Program-made: the position numbers and the translations under genes
From: a virus
Lineage: Duplodnaviria; Caudoviricetes
Length of the DNA: 43,708 bases
Virus record (IMG/VR): IMGVR_UViG_3300025084_000065
Location: 1-43,708 of that record
Direction: 5' to 3' (one strand)
Notes under the pieces: model-generated
Seen by the model: the letters and a program-made list of their open reading frames with translations, nothing else
What the model was told of the DNA's origin: nothing
Database searches by the model: none
Shown here: positions 21,833 to 31,764 of the stretch, one piece after another
Layout of the letters: each line of letters begins with the position of its first letter
How positions within the stretch are numbered: the stretch's first letter is position 1

Positions 21833-22866
21833 ATATCAAAAGCCTCCATGTATAATTCTTTACTTAATGTTTTCAAATCATGTTTATCTATAGTCTCTTC
21901 CAGAGAATCTATTTCTTCGTTTATAATAGTTAATGTGTCTTTAGATAAATCAACATCTACGTTTACTGTGTTTTGATCTACAATATAATTTTCTGCTACT
22001 GTTAAATCAAAGGGACCCACAGATTCTATTTTTTCTATTATCAAATCTATATATTTTCTTTGCTCTGATTCATCTACCATAAGTTTCACGTATTTATTCT
22101 TTAAAAATTCAAAATCTTCTGTATTTTTAATTTTAGAATAATATAAGACATGAAACATTTTATTTTGATTTTCTATAAAAGTTAAATCTTTAATTTCTGT
22201 ATCATACACATGAAATCCTTTGGTATCACCAACATCAGCAAAGGAAAGTTCGTATTGAGTTCCAAGATAAAACACATTTTTTTGATTTGATTTTATGTGA
22301 AAGTGTCCACTCAACACCATATCAAAGGAATTTAAGAATTTATCACTTTCACCACCATTAAAATTAATTCCTCTCATAACTTCATAATTATTCAGTTCGA
22401 AGTGACCACAGACAACATCCATCGATGATGTTTCGATAAAGTTTAGAATTTGTTCTCTGTTATCCGAACATATCCAAGGAATCATACCAAAAGATATATC
22501 ATCAAATACTAAAATTTCAGGTTTTTCGTATAAATGAAAAAACTTGTATTCATGAAATAATTCCTTTGCAGAATTTACTTTATTAGTATTTTTAAAATAA
22601 GTATCGTGATTTCCTATTATCATATGAAAATCCACACCCATAGTTTCTAGTTTATCTAAAAATCTAGTTCTTACTTCGTGTAGAGTATTAAAATTTACAT
22701 ATTTTCTTCTGTCTAAAAAATCACCCAGATGAAATATAGTTTTTATATTATTAGATTCTATATAAGGAAAAAATATATTATCAAAAAAATCAAATGTATA
22801 TTCTAATAATAAAGAAGAATCATTACGAACACCAAAATGGGTGTCATTCAATAAAGCTATTTTCAT
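21829..22866 (-). CDS. gp47: Recombination nuclease (Mre11/SbcD-like)
   Basis: DTHFG, HLGDFLD, GNHD, GHFE and SGHFH metallophosphoesterase motifs. Confidence 0.95.
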   Translation of the reverse strand: MKIALLNDTHFGVRNDSSLLLEYTFDFFDNIFFPYIESNNIKTIFHLGDFLDRRKYVNFNTLHEVRTRFLDKLETMGVDFHMIIGNHDTYFKNTNKVNSAKELFHEYKFFHLYEKPEILVFDDISFGMIPWICSDNREQILNFIETSSMDVVCGHFELNNYEVMRGINFNGGESDKFLNSFDMVLSGHFHIKSNQKNVFYLGTQYELSFADVGDTKGFHVYDTEIKDLTFIENQNKMFHVLYYSKIKNTEDFEFLKNKYVKLMVDESEQRKYIDLIIEKIESVGPFDLTVAENYIVDQNTVNVDVDLSKDTLTIINEEIDSLEETIDKHDLKTLSKELYMEAFDI

Positions 22867-22870
22867 AGTG

Positions 22871-23374
22871 TCACTTTTTTTTCTTAGTCTTATCGAAATT
22901 TTCTATATCGTTTTTAGAAAGAGAAAAATATTCTGCTATTTTTTCACTTTTACTTTTATCTTCAGTGTCATAATTATCTGACATGTAATTTCTTATTTTA
23001 CCTTCAGAATCCATTTCTTCTACTAATTTAAACTTAATATAACTTTGTTTTTTTTCTTTTTGTATTCTTCTTATGAATGCATAATAAGTTATTTGTGTGA
23101 AATAAGAAAATGGATTTTTAGATTTATCGGGATTAAAATTATGTGCATACATAATACAATTTTCGATTGCATCACCAATCATATCATCCCTAAATGGATA
23201 ATTTAAAAAATTAGATTTGTGTGATAAATTTTCTGCTATTTTCCAGAAACATTCACCTATGTAATTATTAACCGGTGGTGGTTTTTCACCAAGTTCTTGT
23301 GACTTGGTATACTCACTTTTCCATTCTACCATTTCAGAAAAGAATTTAGAATTATCTATGTATTTATTAGTCAT
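22871..23374 (-). CDS. gp55: Late-transcription sigma factor
   Basis: YIDNSKF, NYIGECFWKIAENLS, DMIGDAIENC and NPFSYFTQI..AFIRRIQKEK. Confidence 0.95.
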   Translation of the reverse strand: MTNKYIDNSKFFSEMVEWKSEYTKSQELGEKPPPVNNYIGECFWKIAENLSHKSNFLNYPFRDDMIGDAIENCIMYAHNFNPDKSKNPFSYFTQITYYAFIRRIQKEKKQSYIKFKLVEEMDSEGKIRNYMSDNYDTEDKSKSEKIAEYFSLSKNDIENFDKTKKKK

Positions 23375-23394
23375 GTTTTTTCCTTGACAGTTAT

Positions 23395-23422
23395 AATATA
23401 CCAATTAAAATACGAGTGTCAA
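23395..23422 (-). promoter_or_regulatory. Sigma70-like promoter upstream of gp55
   Basis: TTGACA-N16-TATATT with a TG extension on the minus strand. Confidence 0.55.
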
Positions 23423-23442
23423 CGAGAGAAAAAAGAAATATA

Positions 23443-24042
23443 TTAATAGTTTCTAGTATCAGAACTCCAATCAGTCCATCTATTACCATAGTCTGGATGA
23501 TCATTTTCTTTTTCCGTTGACTCATCACTTATTTCCTCACTGGGAAATATCCATTCCATTTCAATTTCATACCCACCATCTTCTGGTAAGTTTTTAATTG
23601 AATTTACAAAATCAAATATATCTTCACCCTCAGATTCTTCTTGTTTCTTTTGAATAAGACTATCTAGAAGACTATCGATTTCATCTTGCATTGTTTTTTC
23701 GTAATTATCAAAATTAACTACGTTTCTTTTTTTGGGATTAAGTTTTTTTGTTTTTTCTTTATCGTAAAGATTAATAGCTTCATCGACCGGTGTGCATATA
23801 GACAAAACTTCATTTTCAGAAAGTTTAACTTGTTTTTCATTACTAAAAGAAACCCAGTCTTTTAGGATTGTAACTTCTTTCTGCATTCCTGTCATAGGTT
23901 CAGACATATACATTATCTTAAACACCATAGGATATTCTAATGTAAATCTACCGTTATTTTTAGATATTATTTTAGTGATAATTTCTTCACCGGTTTTTAA
24001 TTTAAATATTCTGTATGCTGGATTCATTGTATTCTCCATCAA
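23443..24042 (-). CDS. Hypothetical protein (possible Sm-like N-terminus) between uvsW and gp55
   Basis: IFKLKTGEEIITKI beta-rich N-terminus and acidic tail; position typical of T4-like cyanophage gene order. Confidence 0.55.
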   Translation of the reverse strand: MMENTMNPAYRIFKLKTGEEIITKIISKNNGRFTLEYPMVFKIMYMSEPMTGMQKEVTILKDWVSFSNEKQVKLSENEVLSICTPVDEAINLYDKEKTKKLNPKKRNVVNFDNYEKTMQDEIDSLLDSLIQKKQEESEGEDIFDFVNSIKNLPEDGGYEIEMEWIFPSEEISDESTEKENDHPDYGNRWTDWSSDTRNY

Positions 24043-24076
24043 TAGTTATATTACTATTATTATATAGTTTATATCT

Positions 24077-25549
24077 TTAGGTAAGTTTTATCTTAGTTGC
24101 TTCATATGAAAATTTTTCATTGCTGTATATTTTCATACGTTCTTCTAAGTGACGCATAGTATGATTTACGTATTTATTATAAGTTAAATTATCAGATATA
24201 TCATATATAATAGTTTTTTCTTTATTTTTTGCTTTTCTTAATCCTCTTCCTATCGATTGCAAAACTCTAATAACAGATTTAGATGGAGAGGCAAAAACTA
24301 CATTGTTTATTTTGGGTATATTAATACCAGTAGAACATGTTCCGTACGATGCAATTAATATACAATTAGATTCTTTATTTAATAGAGTTCTAATTTCCTC
24401 TCTTTGTTCTGCATCAGTACCCCCATATATAAAAAATATTTTTTTATCTTTTTTGTTTTTTTCTATAATATCATAAAGTACTTTACCGTGTAATTCTACA
24501 TAATTGAATAAAAGTAATGTATTTCCTTTTAAACTTATACATAAATCTTTAATGAAATCATTTCTTATTTTATTTTCTATTAAGAATTTTATTTCATCTT
24601 GATATGATAATCTATTAGCAAAATTTCTATCTTGTTCTGAATATGTTAAATTTAAACAACGAATTTCTACGTCATTTAATAATTTGTTTTCTATTAATTT
24701 TTTAGTTGATGTTACTTTAAACACTGGTCCAAAAAGACCTTCCAACACTAACTTGTGTGTTAAAGTCCCATCAAGAGTACCTGTTGTGCCTATTCTATAA
24801 TATGAGTTCGTTAGTTTTGTCATCATTGAAACCAAAGATTTAGATTTAAATAGGTGACACTCATCACCAAATACTGCATCGAACTTCAAGAAAAAGTCAT
24901 CAGGCATATTATAGAGGCTTTGCCAAGTAGAAACAACTATTTTTTTCTTAGTTTCTTTTTCTTGACCAGCAAATATTTTATGCATATTCAATTCTGTAGA
25001 CCATATTGATTTTTCCGAGTAAGTTTCGAAATCACTATACATTTGATTTACTAGTCCAACTGTCGGAACTATGATTAGAATTTTTTCTACGTCAGAAACT
25101 ACATCAAGTAAATATCTTGTAATTAAGTAAATAATTAAAGATTTACCACTTCCCGTTGGAGAAAGCAATAATGAACGTTTTTTTGTTAACGCATTATGTG
25201 CAGCAGAAAGTTGATGTGCATATGGTTTGAACTTTAAATTCAAATTTCTTGTGTATGTAAAAAAGTCATCTTTTGGTATATTATTTTCGTTAGATATTAA
25301 TTCATAATCTATATTGTAGTTTCTATCTTTACAAAATTTTGTTATATAATCTAACAATCCTGAATATATGGTCCTTTTATACAAATTAAATAATCTAATT
25401 TGACCATCCCATATTTTCTTTTTATATGCAGGTGTATATTGATAATTTGGAACATAAAATGTAAAATACTGATTTAATTCTTTTGCAGTAGATTTTTCAC
25501 ATTCAACAAAAAGGTTAACTGCATCTTTTTGTTTTATTGTCACATTCAC
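24077..25549 (-). CDS. uvsW: UvsW helicase
   Basis: WDGQIRLF, SPTGSGKS, DECH, TGTL and QSIGRGLR. Confidence 0.95.
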   Translation of the reverse strand: MNVTIKQKDAVNLFVECEKSTAKELNQYFTFYVPNYQYTPAYKKKIWDGQIRLFNLYKRTIYSGLLDYITKFCKDRNYNIDYELISNENNIPKDDFFTYTRNLNLKFKPYAHQLSAAHNALTKKRSLLLSPTGSGKSLIIYLITRYLLDVVSDVEKILIIVPTVGLVNQMYSDFETYSEKSIWSTELNMHKIFAGQEKETKKKIVVSTWQSLYNMPDDFFLKFDAVFGDECHLFKSKSLVSMMTKLTNSYYRIGTTGTLDGTLTHKLVLEGLFGPVFKVTSTKKLIENKLLNDVEIRCLNLTYSEQDRNFANRLSYQDEIKFLIENKIRNDFIKDLCISLKGNTLLLFNYVELHGKVLYDIIEKNKKDKKIFFIYGGTDAEQREEIRTLLNKESNCILIASYGTCSTGINIPKINNVVFASPSKSVIRVLQSIGRGLRKAKNKEKTIIYDISDNLTYNKYVNHTMRHLEERMKIYSNEKFSYEATKIKLT

Positions 25550-25550
25550 A

Positions 25551-25985
25551 TTATATTCCTTGTGTAAATTTAATCCATTCTATTGCTGATTTTATATTCC
25601 ACTGTCTACCAGTAATTATCTTTATGACTTCTTCTAAGTATGAAGATATAGAAACTTGTAATGAAATTTTTGCTCTAATTTTTTGTAAATCTAAATCAGA
25701 ATCCAAAAACATAGGTAAATCAGTTTTTAATATTGTGTAATCGAAGGGTTCCCAATTTAATCTTTTTAAATCATCGTCCCCTAGTTTACCACTATAATAT
25801 AACCACTTATCTCTTTTTAATACTTTTTCTTGAAATTGAAATTTTTGTAATTGTAATTTTGAGTCTTCAAATAAAATTAAATATTTATTATGTAGTTGGG
25901 GTGTTCTCAGTGACTCTGTATTTAAATCTGATTCGTTAATTGCTATATCTTTTTTTACCATGCTACGAAGATTTTCAATGTTCAT
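25551..25985 (-). CDS. uvsY: UvsY recombination mediator
   Basis: P.LHNKY, KWLYYSGK and IKSAIEWIKF; upstream of uvsW. Confidence 0.9.
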   Translation of the reverse strand: MNIENLRSMVKKDIAINESDLNTESLRTPQLHNKYLILFEDSKLQLQKFQFQEKVLKRDKWLYYSGKLGDDDLKRLNWEPFDYTILKTDLPMFLDSDLDLQKIRAKISLQVSISSYLEEVIKIITGRQWNIKSAIEWIKFTQGI

Positions 25986-25995
25986 TATTACCTCA

Positions 25996-26511
25996 TTATA
26001 AATTAGTTATGTCGTAATACGAATATCTAAAAGTTGCAGACGACATTACTTGCATAGAATCTGACGATGTTGTAGTTAAACTAAATCCAGTTAATGATAT
26101 AGGAAACATATTATAAAATTTAAATTTAAATTTATTATTATATGCGCTGTTTTTTATTAATAACTCACCAGTAGTTGTCGAGTCATTACAATTATTATAC
26201 ATTATATTAGCACTGTCTTCATTCATTGGTCCTAATCTACGAATCCACTCATAAAGTTCTCTCCAGGACTCCATATTTTCATCCACTAAAAACGTAGCAC
26301 TTATATCCTCGAAGATATATTTTCCTGTTGCCGTTGGTATATTTACACCAAAGGCTGTTTGTAGGTCTGCACTTACAAATTCTATTGATGGTGCGTTAAC
26401 ACCAGTAACGTAATTTGTGAATATAGGAAGTCTATCAACAGAAAATTTAAATTGATTTGCTGTTAGTAAACTACTAGTTGTTGGTTTATTACCTAAATGT
26501 CTGTTGCTCAT
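25996..26511 (-). CDS. gp3: Tail tube terminator/completion protein
   Basis: NQFKF, FLVDENMESWRELYEWI, FYNMFPISL and ATFRYSYY; between gp23 and uvsY; ATG at 26511. Confidence 0.8.
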   Translation of the reverse strand: MSNRHLGNKPTTSSLLTANQFKFSVDRLPIFTNYVTGVNAPSIEFVSADLQTAFGVNIPTATGKYIFEDISATFLVDENMESWRELYEWIRRLGPMNEDSANIMYNNCNDSTTTGELLIKNSAYNNKFKFKFYNMFPISLTGFSLTTTSSDSMQVMSSATFRYSYYDITNL

Positions 26512-26516
26512 ACTAC

Positions 26517-26524
26517 TATTTATA
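26517..26524 (-). promoter_or_regulatory. T4-type late promoter TATAAATA
   Basis: Exact match immediately upstream of gp3. Confidence 0.7.
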
Positions 26525-26525
26525 T

Positions 26526-26556
26526 AAAAAAAGGGAGCACTCCGAAGAGTGCCCCC
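26526..26556 (-). terminator. Intrinsic terminator with C(UUCG)G tetraloop after gp23
   Basis: The minus strand reads GGGGGCACTC-TTCG-GAGTGCTCCC-TTTTTTT. Confidence 0.9.
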
Positions 26557-26586
26557 CATTTATTCTATCTGATATTTAATTATCAA

Positions 26587-27993
26587 TTAGCTGGTCATAC
26601 CACCAAGACCGTGGATGTTCTTGACTGCGAAGATGCGGTAGTACTGGTTTCCACCAAGAGCATCAATGTCAGTGTTCTGTGCGAACGGATTAGAAACCAT
26701 TCCGTATCGAGTCTTGAACCCGATCTTTGGTTGGAATGTGTTCGGATCAACCGCACGTACCATCTGGAGTGGAACGTATGGGCAGTAGAAGAATCCAGCA
26801 TCATATGGACTGGCACCTCTATAACCAACGGTAACATAGTCACCATATGGTTGACCTACAACAGAACCCTGTGCATATGGATCGATGTAAACCTTAAACT
26901 TACCGTTGAGTGTACCAACGAAAGTGTTGCCGGTATCGTCAACATCTAGACCAACGTTTAATGCTGGTGAGATGTTAAGGAAACCACCCATTGCGAGGGC
27001 AGAAGCGACATCTGAAGTACAGATGACAAAGTTACCCTTACCACGTCGAGTTTCCTTAGCGATTACGTTGGCTTCACGTTCGATCTGGAACATGAGTCCA
27101 CGGAAGCGTTCTGCACTCCATCGACCGTCTGAGTCAGCGTACATATCATACTGACCCTTGGTAAAGATGTCAGCCTGCTTTGCACCAAGTTTTGCTACGG
27201 TATAAAGTGTACGGATAACTTCACGATTGATTTCACTAAGAATCTCTGTTGAGAGAATGTTAGCAAGCTCGGTTTCGGCATCTAGACCGTGAACAGCCTT
27301 GAGGTCCTGAGCGAGTTCTGTGCTATATTCAGCCTTGAGTGCTCTTGTCTTTGCTTCGACAGCAATTCTGTCAATATCAAAAGCCATCTGACCAAATGGA
27401 TCACCATTCGAACCACCAAGTTTTTCAGCATTAGCTGTTGACATACCACGGAAGTCTTCGACTTGATCCGCGGCACTTGTTCTACTACCATCCGAGCCGA
27501 ATGGAGCTGCAGAAAGACCTGCTTCGGAGCTGTTGCCACCCAGGAGGCCGTCGCCACTATATGCAGTAACACCAGAGAATGGTTGAGCTTCATTGAATAA
27601 AGCTTCTTTACCAGTCTGACCTTCAAACTTAGCCTTAAGTGCAAAGATTAGACCTGTTGGTGCAGTCATTGGCTGAACACCACAGACATCGTAAGCCATT
27701 AGGTTTGGCATAGCACGGCGAACGAGGCTGATTAGAATTGGATCATAACCAGCGAGGTTACCAACTCCACCGCCACCATTGACCTGTGGGTCGGCAAAGT
27801 TACCACCCATAGCGTTGGTTGGCTGCTCTGTGATGTACTGCTGCTTAAGAGCTTCCTGTTGGTTCTCTAAGAGAACAGCGGTAACTCTTTTTCTGTGATA
27901 ATCTGTAATTGAATCTAACGATTCGTGTTCGAGTAGTGGATTCCACTTCTCTACTAATTGATCGTATGGTGTTGTATCGTCTGTAAAATGCAT
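26587..27993 (-). CDS. gp23: Major capsid protein
   Basis: LISLVRRAMPNL, VQPMTAPTGLIFA, RALKAEYSTELAQDLKAVHGLDAE and FYCPYVPL...FQPKIGFKTRYG. Confidence 0.98.
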   Translation of the reverse strand: MHFTDDTTPYDQLVEKWNPLLEHESLDSITDYHRKRVTAVLLENQQEALKQQYITEQPTNAMGGNFADPQVNGGGGVGNLAGYDPILISLVRRAMPNLMAYDVCGVQPMTAPTGLIFALKAKFEGQTGKEALFNEAQPFSGVTAYSGDGLLGGNSSEAGLSAAPFGSDGSRTSAADQVEDFRGMSTANAEKLGGSNGDPFGQMAFDIDRIAVEAKTRALKAEYSTELAQDLKAVHGLDAETELANILSTEILSEINREVIRTLYTVAKLGAKQADIFTKGQYDMYADSDGRWSAERFRGLMFQIEREANVIAKETRRGKGNFVICTSDVASALAMGGFLNISPALNVGLDVDDTGNTFVGTLNGKFKVYIDPYAQGSVVGQPYGDYVTVGYRGASPYDAGFFYCPYVPLQMVRAVDPNTFQPKIGFKTRYGMVSNPFAQNTDIDALGGNQYYRIFAVKNIHGLGGMTS

Positions 27994-28015
27994 TGAAATC
28001 TCCTTTGATGATTTT

Positions 28016-29008
28016 TTATTTATTTCTGTTTTGGAATGAAATTGCTTCTGAATAAGCTTCTAACAGTGAACTTGTAGAATCAGGTGAATCTTTTTCTACG
28101 ATTGTTTCCACTAAAGTATCTGTGGTTTCTCTTGGTTTGTGGCTCGAAAGAAAAGATTCTTTAACAATAGAGAGTCTATTCTTATATGAATTAGTATCTT
28201 CAAACTCTATATTTTCTATTAAACCATGAAATCTTTCTGCTTCAACATCCGTCATATCTGAACATAATTCGTTAAATATTCCTTGAGCTTTAGTGTCAAT
28301 AGTTTCGTTTAATAAATTAATGTTAGTTTCAATTTGCTCGTTAAGATTACTTTCTAATTCTGCTTTAGCTGAAAGTAATTCTTCAACAACGTCGACTTTC
28401 TCATCAGGCATATCAATGTAATGAGTTTCAAAAAGTGATTTAAGACCAGTCATAAACGACTCTGCAACATCGGCCTTAATTCCTCTTTCTATTGCTAAAG
28501 CATTTTCTTCGGTCCATTCATTAACAACATAAGTTAAGAATTCATCTAACTTTTCTGAAAGTTCTTCAGTTAATGTTTCAACTTGATTGTTTAGGTTTGA
28601 ATTAAATGATTCTTGCATAGAAGCTTCTATAAATGAAATTCTTTCATTTAGAGCTGTATCAAAAATTGTACTTAATTTTTCCATAAACTCTTCTGAAAGA
28701 TCACCATCATCAAAAAGCTGTGATAAGTATTCTTTAGTAGAAACAGATTCCTTTACTTCTTCTTCATCGTCAGATTTCTTTTTCTTTTCACCTTCAACTG
28801 CAACTGAAGAATGAGGAGCAAGAGTTGCTACATTAACATCATTTCCTGTGGCAATAGGTTCGGCTATTTGCTGAGTTTTACCTTCAGCATCTGTACCGAG
28901 TGCTCCATCAGAATAACTGGTAGTATCCAGTGTAGAAACTGATTCTTTAAAGTTTTTTAGTCCGTTTTTAACTGCTTCTCTTAAGTCAGTTTTTTCTATG
29001 TCGCTCAT
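28016..29008 (-). CDS. gp22: Prohead core scaffold protein
   Basis: Acidic coiled coil; LSEEF..K...IF, YVVNEW..EN.LAIE.G and GLKSLFETHYI; between gp21 and gp23. Confidence 0.9.
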   Translation of the reverse strand: MSDIEKTDLREAVKNGLKNFKESVSTLDTTSYSDGALGTDAEGKTQQIAEPIATGNDVNVATLAPHSSVAVEGEKKKKSDDEEEVKESVSTKEYLSQLFDDGDLSEEFMEKLSTIFDTALNERISFIEASMQESFNSNLNNQVETLTEELSEKLDEFLTYVVNEWTEENALAIERGIKADVAESFMTGLKSLFETHYIDMPDEKVDVVEELLSAKAELESNLNEQIETNINLLNETIDTKAQGIFNELCSDMTDVEAERFHGLIENIEFEDTNSYKNRLSIVKESFLSSHKPRETTDTLVETIVEKDSPDSTSSLLEAYSEAISFQNRNK

Positions 29009-29039
29009 TTAAATGCTCCTTAGATGCCTTGTACTCGAT

Positions 29040-29047
29040 TATTTATA
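29040..29047 (-). promoter_or_regulatory. T4-type late promoter TATAAATA
   Basis: Exact match in the gp21-gp22 intergenic region. Confidence 0.75.
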
Positions 29048-29109
29048 AAATGCGTATTCTTACTATCACTGTGTAAACCACTACGGTTTATTCCTGTATA
29101 CCCAATCGA

Positions 29110-29754
29110 TTATAGTTTACGTAAAAAATCTTCAAACAACGTTGAAAAGTTATTTTTTATTTGTCTACTAGAAGTTTTTTCTATGGAATTTTTATAATTC
29201 TGTATTTCTTTTTCTTTTAAAATACCGTTATCCCATATCCATTCTTTACCTTCCATGATACCATCAACAAATGCATCAGGTGCAGATGGGTCTGCAACAA
29301 TATCTACTGCCGCTAACATAAAATCTGGTTGAACTAAATTAATACCATTTTTTTGTTTTAGAGTACCCATACCCCTAGTAGAAACTCCTAATTTGGCACC
29401 TTCATCCATTAAATTTTGGACAATTTTACCCATTGGAGTTTCCATAATTTTTGCTTTTCCTATGAAGTTATTACCATCAGATTTTAATTCTTTGATGATA
29501 TGAGAAACTCTATCTAAATTTACTGTCGGACCTGATGGGTGATTTAACTCACCAAAAGCTCTATTATTATCAATAAAGTTTTTTGTGTAATCATTCACCT
29601 TTTCCGAAAGAACAGGCATAGGGTATATTCTGTTATTTCTGTTTGCACACTCTGCTTGCATAAAAATACCAGAAATTGAATATGTTTTTTTACCTTCACT
29701 TGAATTTTCTACTAAAAGACTAACATCTTCGTTCATTTCTGTTATTAATTTCAT
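29110..29754 (-). CDS. gp21: Prohead protease
   Basis: GIFMQAE..NRNNRIYP, GELNHP, GVSTRGMG and DIVADPSAPDA. Confidence 0.95.
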   Translation of the reverse strand: MKLITEMNEDVSLLVENSSEGKKTYSISGIFMQAECANRNNRIYPMPVLSEKVNDYTKNFIDNNRAFGELNHPSGPTVNLDRVSHIIKELKSDGNNFIGKAKIMETPMGKIVQNLMDEGAKLGVSTRGMGTLKQKNGINLVQPDFMLAAVDIVADPSAPDAFVDGIMEGKEWIWDNGILKEKEIQNYKNSIEKTSSRQIKNNFSTLFEDFLRKL

Positions 29755-30122
29755 CAATATCCCTCAGTTCCTGCTGGACGTGAAGTAGATTCATCTTCTT
29801 CTTTTTTAGATTTTTTAGATTTTTTTGTTTTACTACAAGATGCTTCTTCTTTTACTGTTTTATCATCTTCATCTTCATCTTCATCTTCATCATTCTTTTT
29901 CTTTATGGCCGAATCTCTAGCCATTTCCCAATCTTCACTATCTTCATCTCCGTCACCATCTTTATCATGGTTTTTCTTTTCACCTAAGATAGAAGGTGCT
30001 ATTTCTTCATATACATCAGTAAGTTTTTCTGCCATCTTTGTATATAAGATGTCTGTTATTTCTCGTTTTGCTCCAATTAGATTTTCATCTAAAAGTTCTG
30101 CTATTACTTTTTCTGTTTTCAT
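29754..30122 (-). CDS. Prohead core protein (gp67/gp68-like)
   Basis: Small, highly charged protein between the portal and protease genes. Confidence 0.6.
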   Translation of the reverse strand: MKTEKVIAELLDENLIGAKREITDILYTKMAEKLTDVYEEIAPSILGEKKNHDKDGDGDEDSEDWEMARDSAIKKKNDEDEDEDEDDKTVKEEASCSKTKKSKKSKKEEDESTSRPAGTEGY

Positions 30123-30150
30123 GACTGTCCTCTTATTTGAAGGTTAAAAA

Positions 30151-30158
30151 TATTTATA
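30151..30158 (-). promoter_or_regulatory. T4-type late promoter TATAAATA
   Basis: Exact match just after the gp20 stop codon. Confidence 0.75.
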
Positions 30159-30162
30159 ATTT

Positions 30163-31746
30163 TTATTGTTTCGGCTGGTCTTGACTATTAGGATCTTCTT
30201 GTGGTTGTATACCCAATTCCTGCTGCTGAAGCATTTGCTTCATTTGTTCCATTTCCATTTTTGTGGTTTCTTGGTTATTTTCTATTTCTATTTTCTTTAT
30301 TTCTTCTTCTGATTGCTTTAGTATATTTTTCTGAATATACTCAGTTGAAAAATATTTACCTATGTATGGTTCTACCGTAGCTAAAATAGACATTCTTTCT
30401 TTTAATATTTCAGTATCTCTCAATTCAGTAAAATATGAATCGTCATTGAATGTATATTTTATATCATTGGATATGTAATCCCAATCATTTTCAGATAAAA
30501 CACCCTTTAGTATTAATTGTTTTTTTACCGTATCTGTTAAAATTTGAGTAAATTTTTCTCTCAACCTATTGATAAATTTATAAAATTTAACTTCATCTCT
30601 GGTTATTTCTGCAGATCTACCCATATTAAAACCATTAACAGATTCTAATCTGGAAAGTGGAACACTCAATGCCCTAAAAAGTTTTCTTTGTAAATATTCT
30701 ACATCATCCATTTGTCCTAAATTCTGACCACCCTGTAGAGTACTAATTTCTGTTCCTCTACCACCTTCTCTTCTAGGTAACCAATAGTCTTCAAGCATGT
30801 GTAGATGATTTCTATCGTCACGAACTTCACCTGTAGCTTGATTGTATGTTAATTTATTTCTATAACGATTCATTAATTCTTTTACATACTGTTCTGCTTT
30901 TTGTTTTGGTAAATTACCAACATCAATATAAAAAATTCTACGTTCTGGAGCTCTAGATATTCTATAAATGACAACTGCATCTTCTATTTGTCTAAGCATG
31001 TTTACAGGTCTAATTGCTTTTTGTAAATAACCTACGACCTTTTTTGTTGTTGTATCAACAATACCACTATGAACATAAGCAATTGAGTCTTTTGTTATTT
31101 TAACTCCAGCACTTGTTGTTGAAAATTGACTATTTCTGTCTGTGTCTGTATATACAAAAAATTCTTCTATGTCTGTTACCATAGGAATTGCTATGCTATC
31201 TTTAATAATTGGTTTTTTGTTTATTTTTCTTACTTTTTTTATCTTAATTGGATCAATTGCTCTAGCTTCTTTTATTCCTGCTCTTGGATTATCAATGTCA
31301 ATAATTAGGTGGTAGTATAATCTACCATCAATATACCACCGTCTAAACACTTCATATCCTTTATTTGAAATATCAAAAAGAGAAAGAACATAGTTGTATT
31401 CTTTATGAATTTTTTGCTTGATATTATCAGATAAATCAACATTATCTAAATTCAATTTAAATGGTTTTCTATCGGTTCCCATTATCACCGAATCATTAAC
31501 TATGTCTTCTATTGCCATATCAACTTCTGGATATAAAGCTAAACTTCGATATGTACTTATAAATTGGTTTTCGTTTTGAATACCACCACCGAAATCTACA
31601 TAAGTACCTAAAAATCCACCAGTTTGTAATGTTTGTGCTCCATCGTACTCATCAGGAGAAACAAAACTTTCATTTCTGGTTGATTTTTCTATTTCTATTT
31701 CTTTGTCTTCTTTACCAATTGTAAAGCCAAATAAATTTACTGGCAT
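30163..31746 (-). CDS. gp20: Portal protein
   Basis: FRRWYIDGR, EDAVVIYRISRAPERRIFYIDVGNLP, EDYWLPRREGGRGTEI and ITRDEVKF. Confidence 0.98.
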   Translation of the reverse strand: MPVNLFGFTIGKEDKEIEIEKSTRNESFVSPDEYDGAQTLQTGGFLGTYVDFGGGIQNENQFISTYRSLALYPEVDMAIEDIVNDSVIMGTDRKPFKLNLDNVDLSDNIKQKIHKEYNYVLSLFDISNKGYEVFRRWYIDGRLYYHLIIDIDNPRAGIKEARAIDPIKIKKVRKINKKPIIKDSIAIPMVTDIEEFFVYTDTDRNSQFSTTSAGVKITKDSIAYVHSGIVDTTTKKVVGYLQKAIRPVNMLRQIEDAVVIYRISRAPERRIFYIDVGNLPKQKAEQYVKELMNRYRNKLTYNQATGEVRDDRNHLHMLEDYWLPRREGGRGTEISTLQGGQNLGQMDDVEYLQRKLFRALSVPLSRLESVNGFNMGRSAEITRDEVKFYKFINRLREKFTQILTDTVKKQLILKGVLSENDWDYISNDIKYTFNDDSYFTELRDTEILKERMSILATVEPYIGKYFSTEYIQKNILKQSEEEIKKIEIENNQETTKMEMEQMKQMLQQQELGIQPQEDPNSQDQPKQ

Positions 31747-31764
31747 TTAATTCTCCATAATATA

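Noticed and set aside
26587-27993. High GC of gp23 as horizontal transfer
   Set aside because: It is more simply explained by codon bias in a very highly expressed gene; no discrete boundary evidence supports transfer.
29074-29090. Small hairpin TAAACC-N5-GGTTTA between gp21 and gp22
   Set aside because: The stem is short and AT-rich with no U-tract, so it cannot be distinguished from chance.
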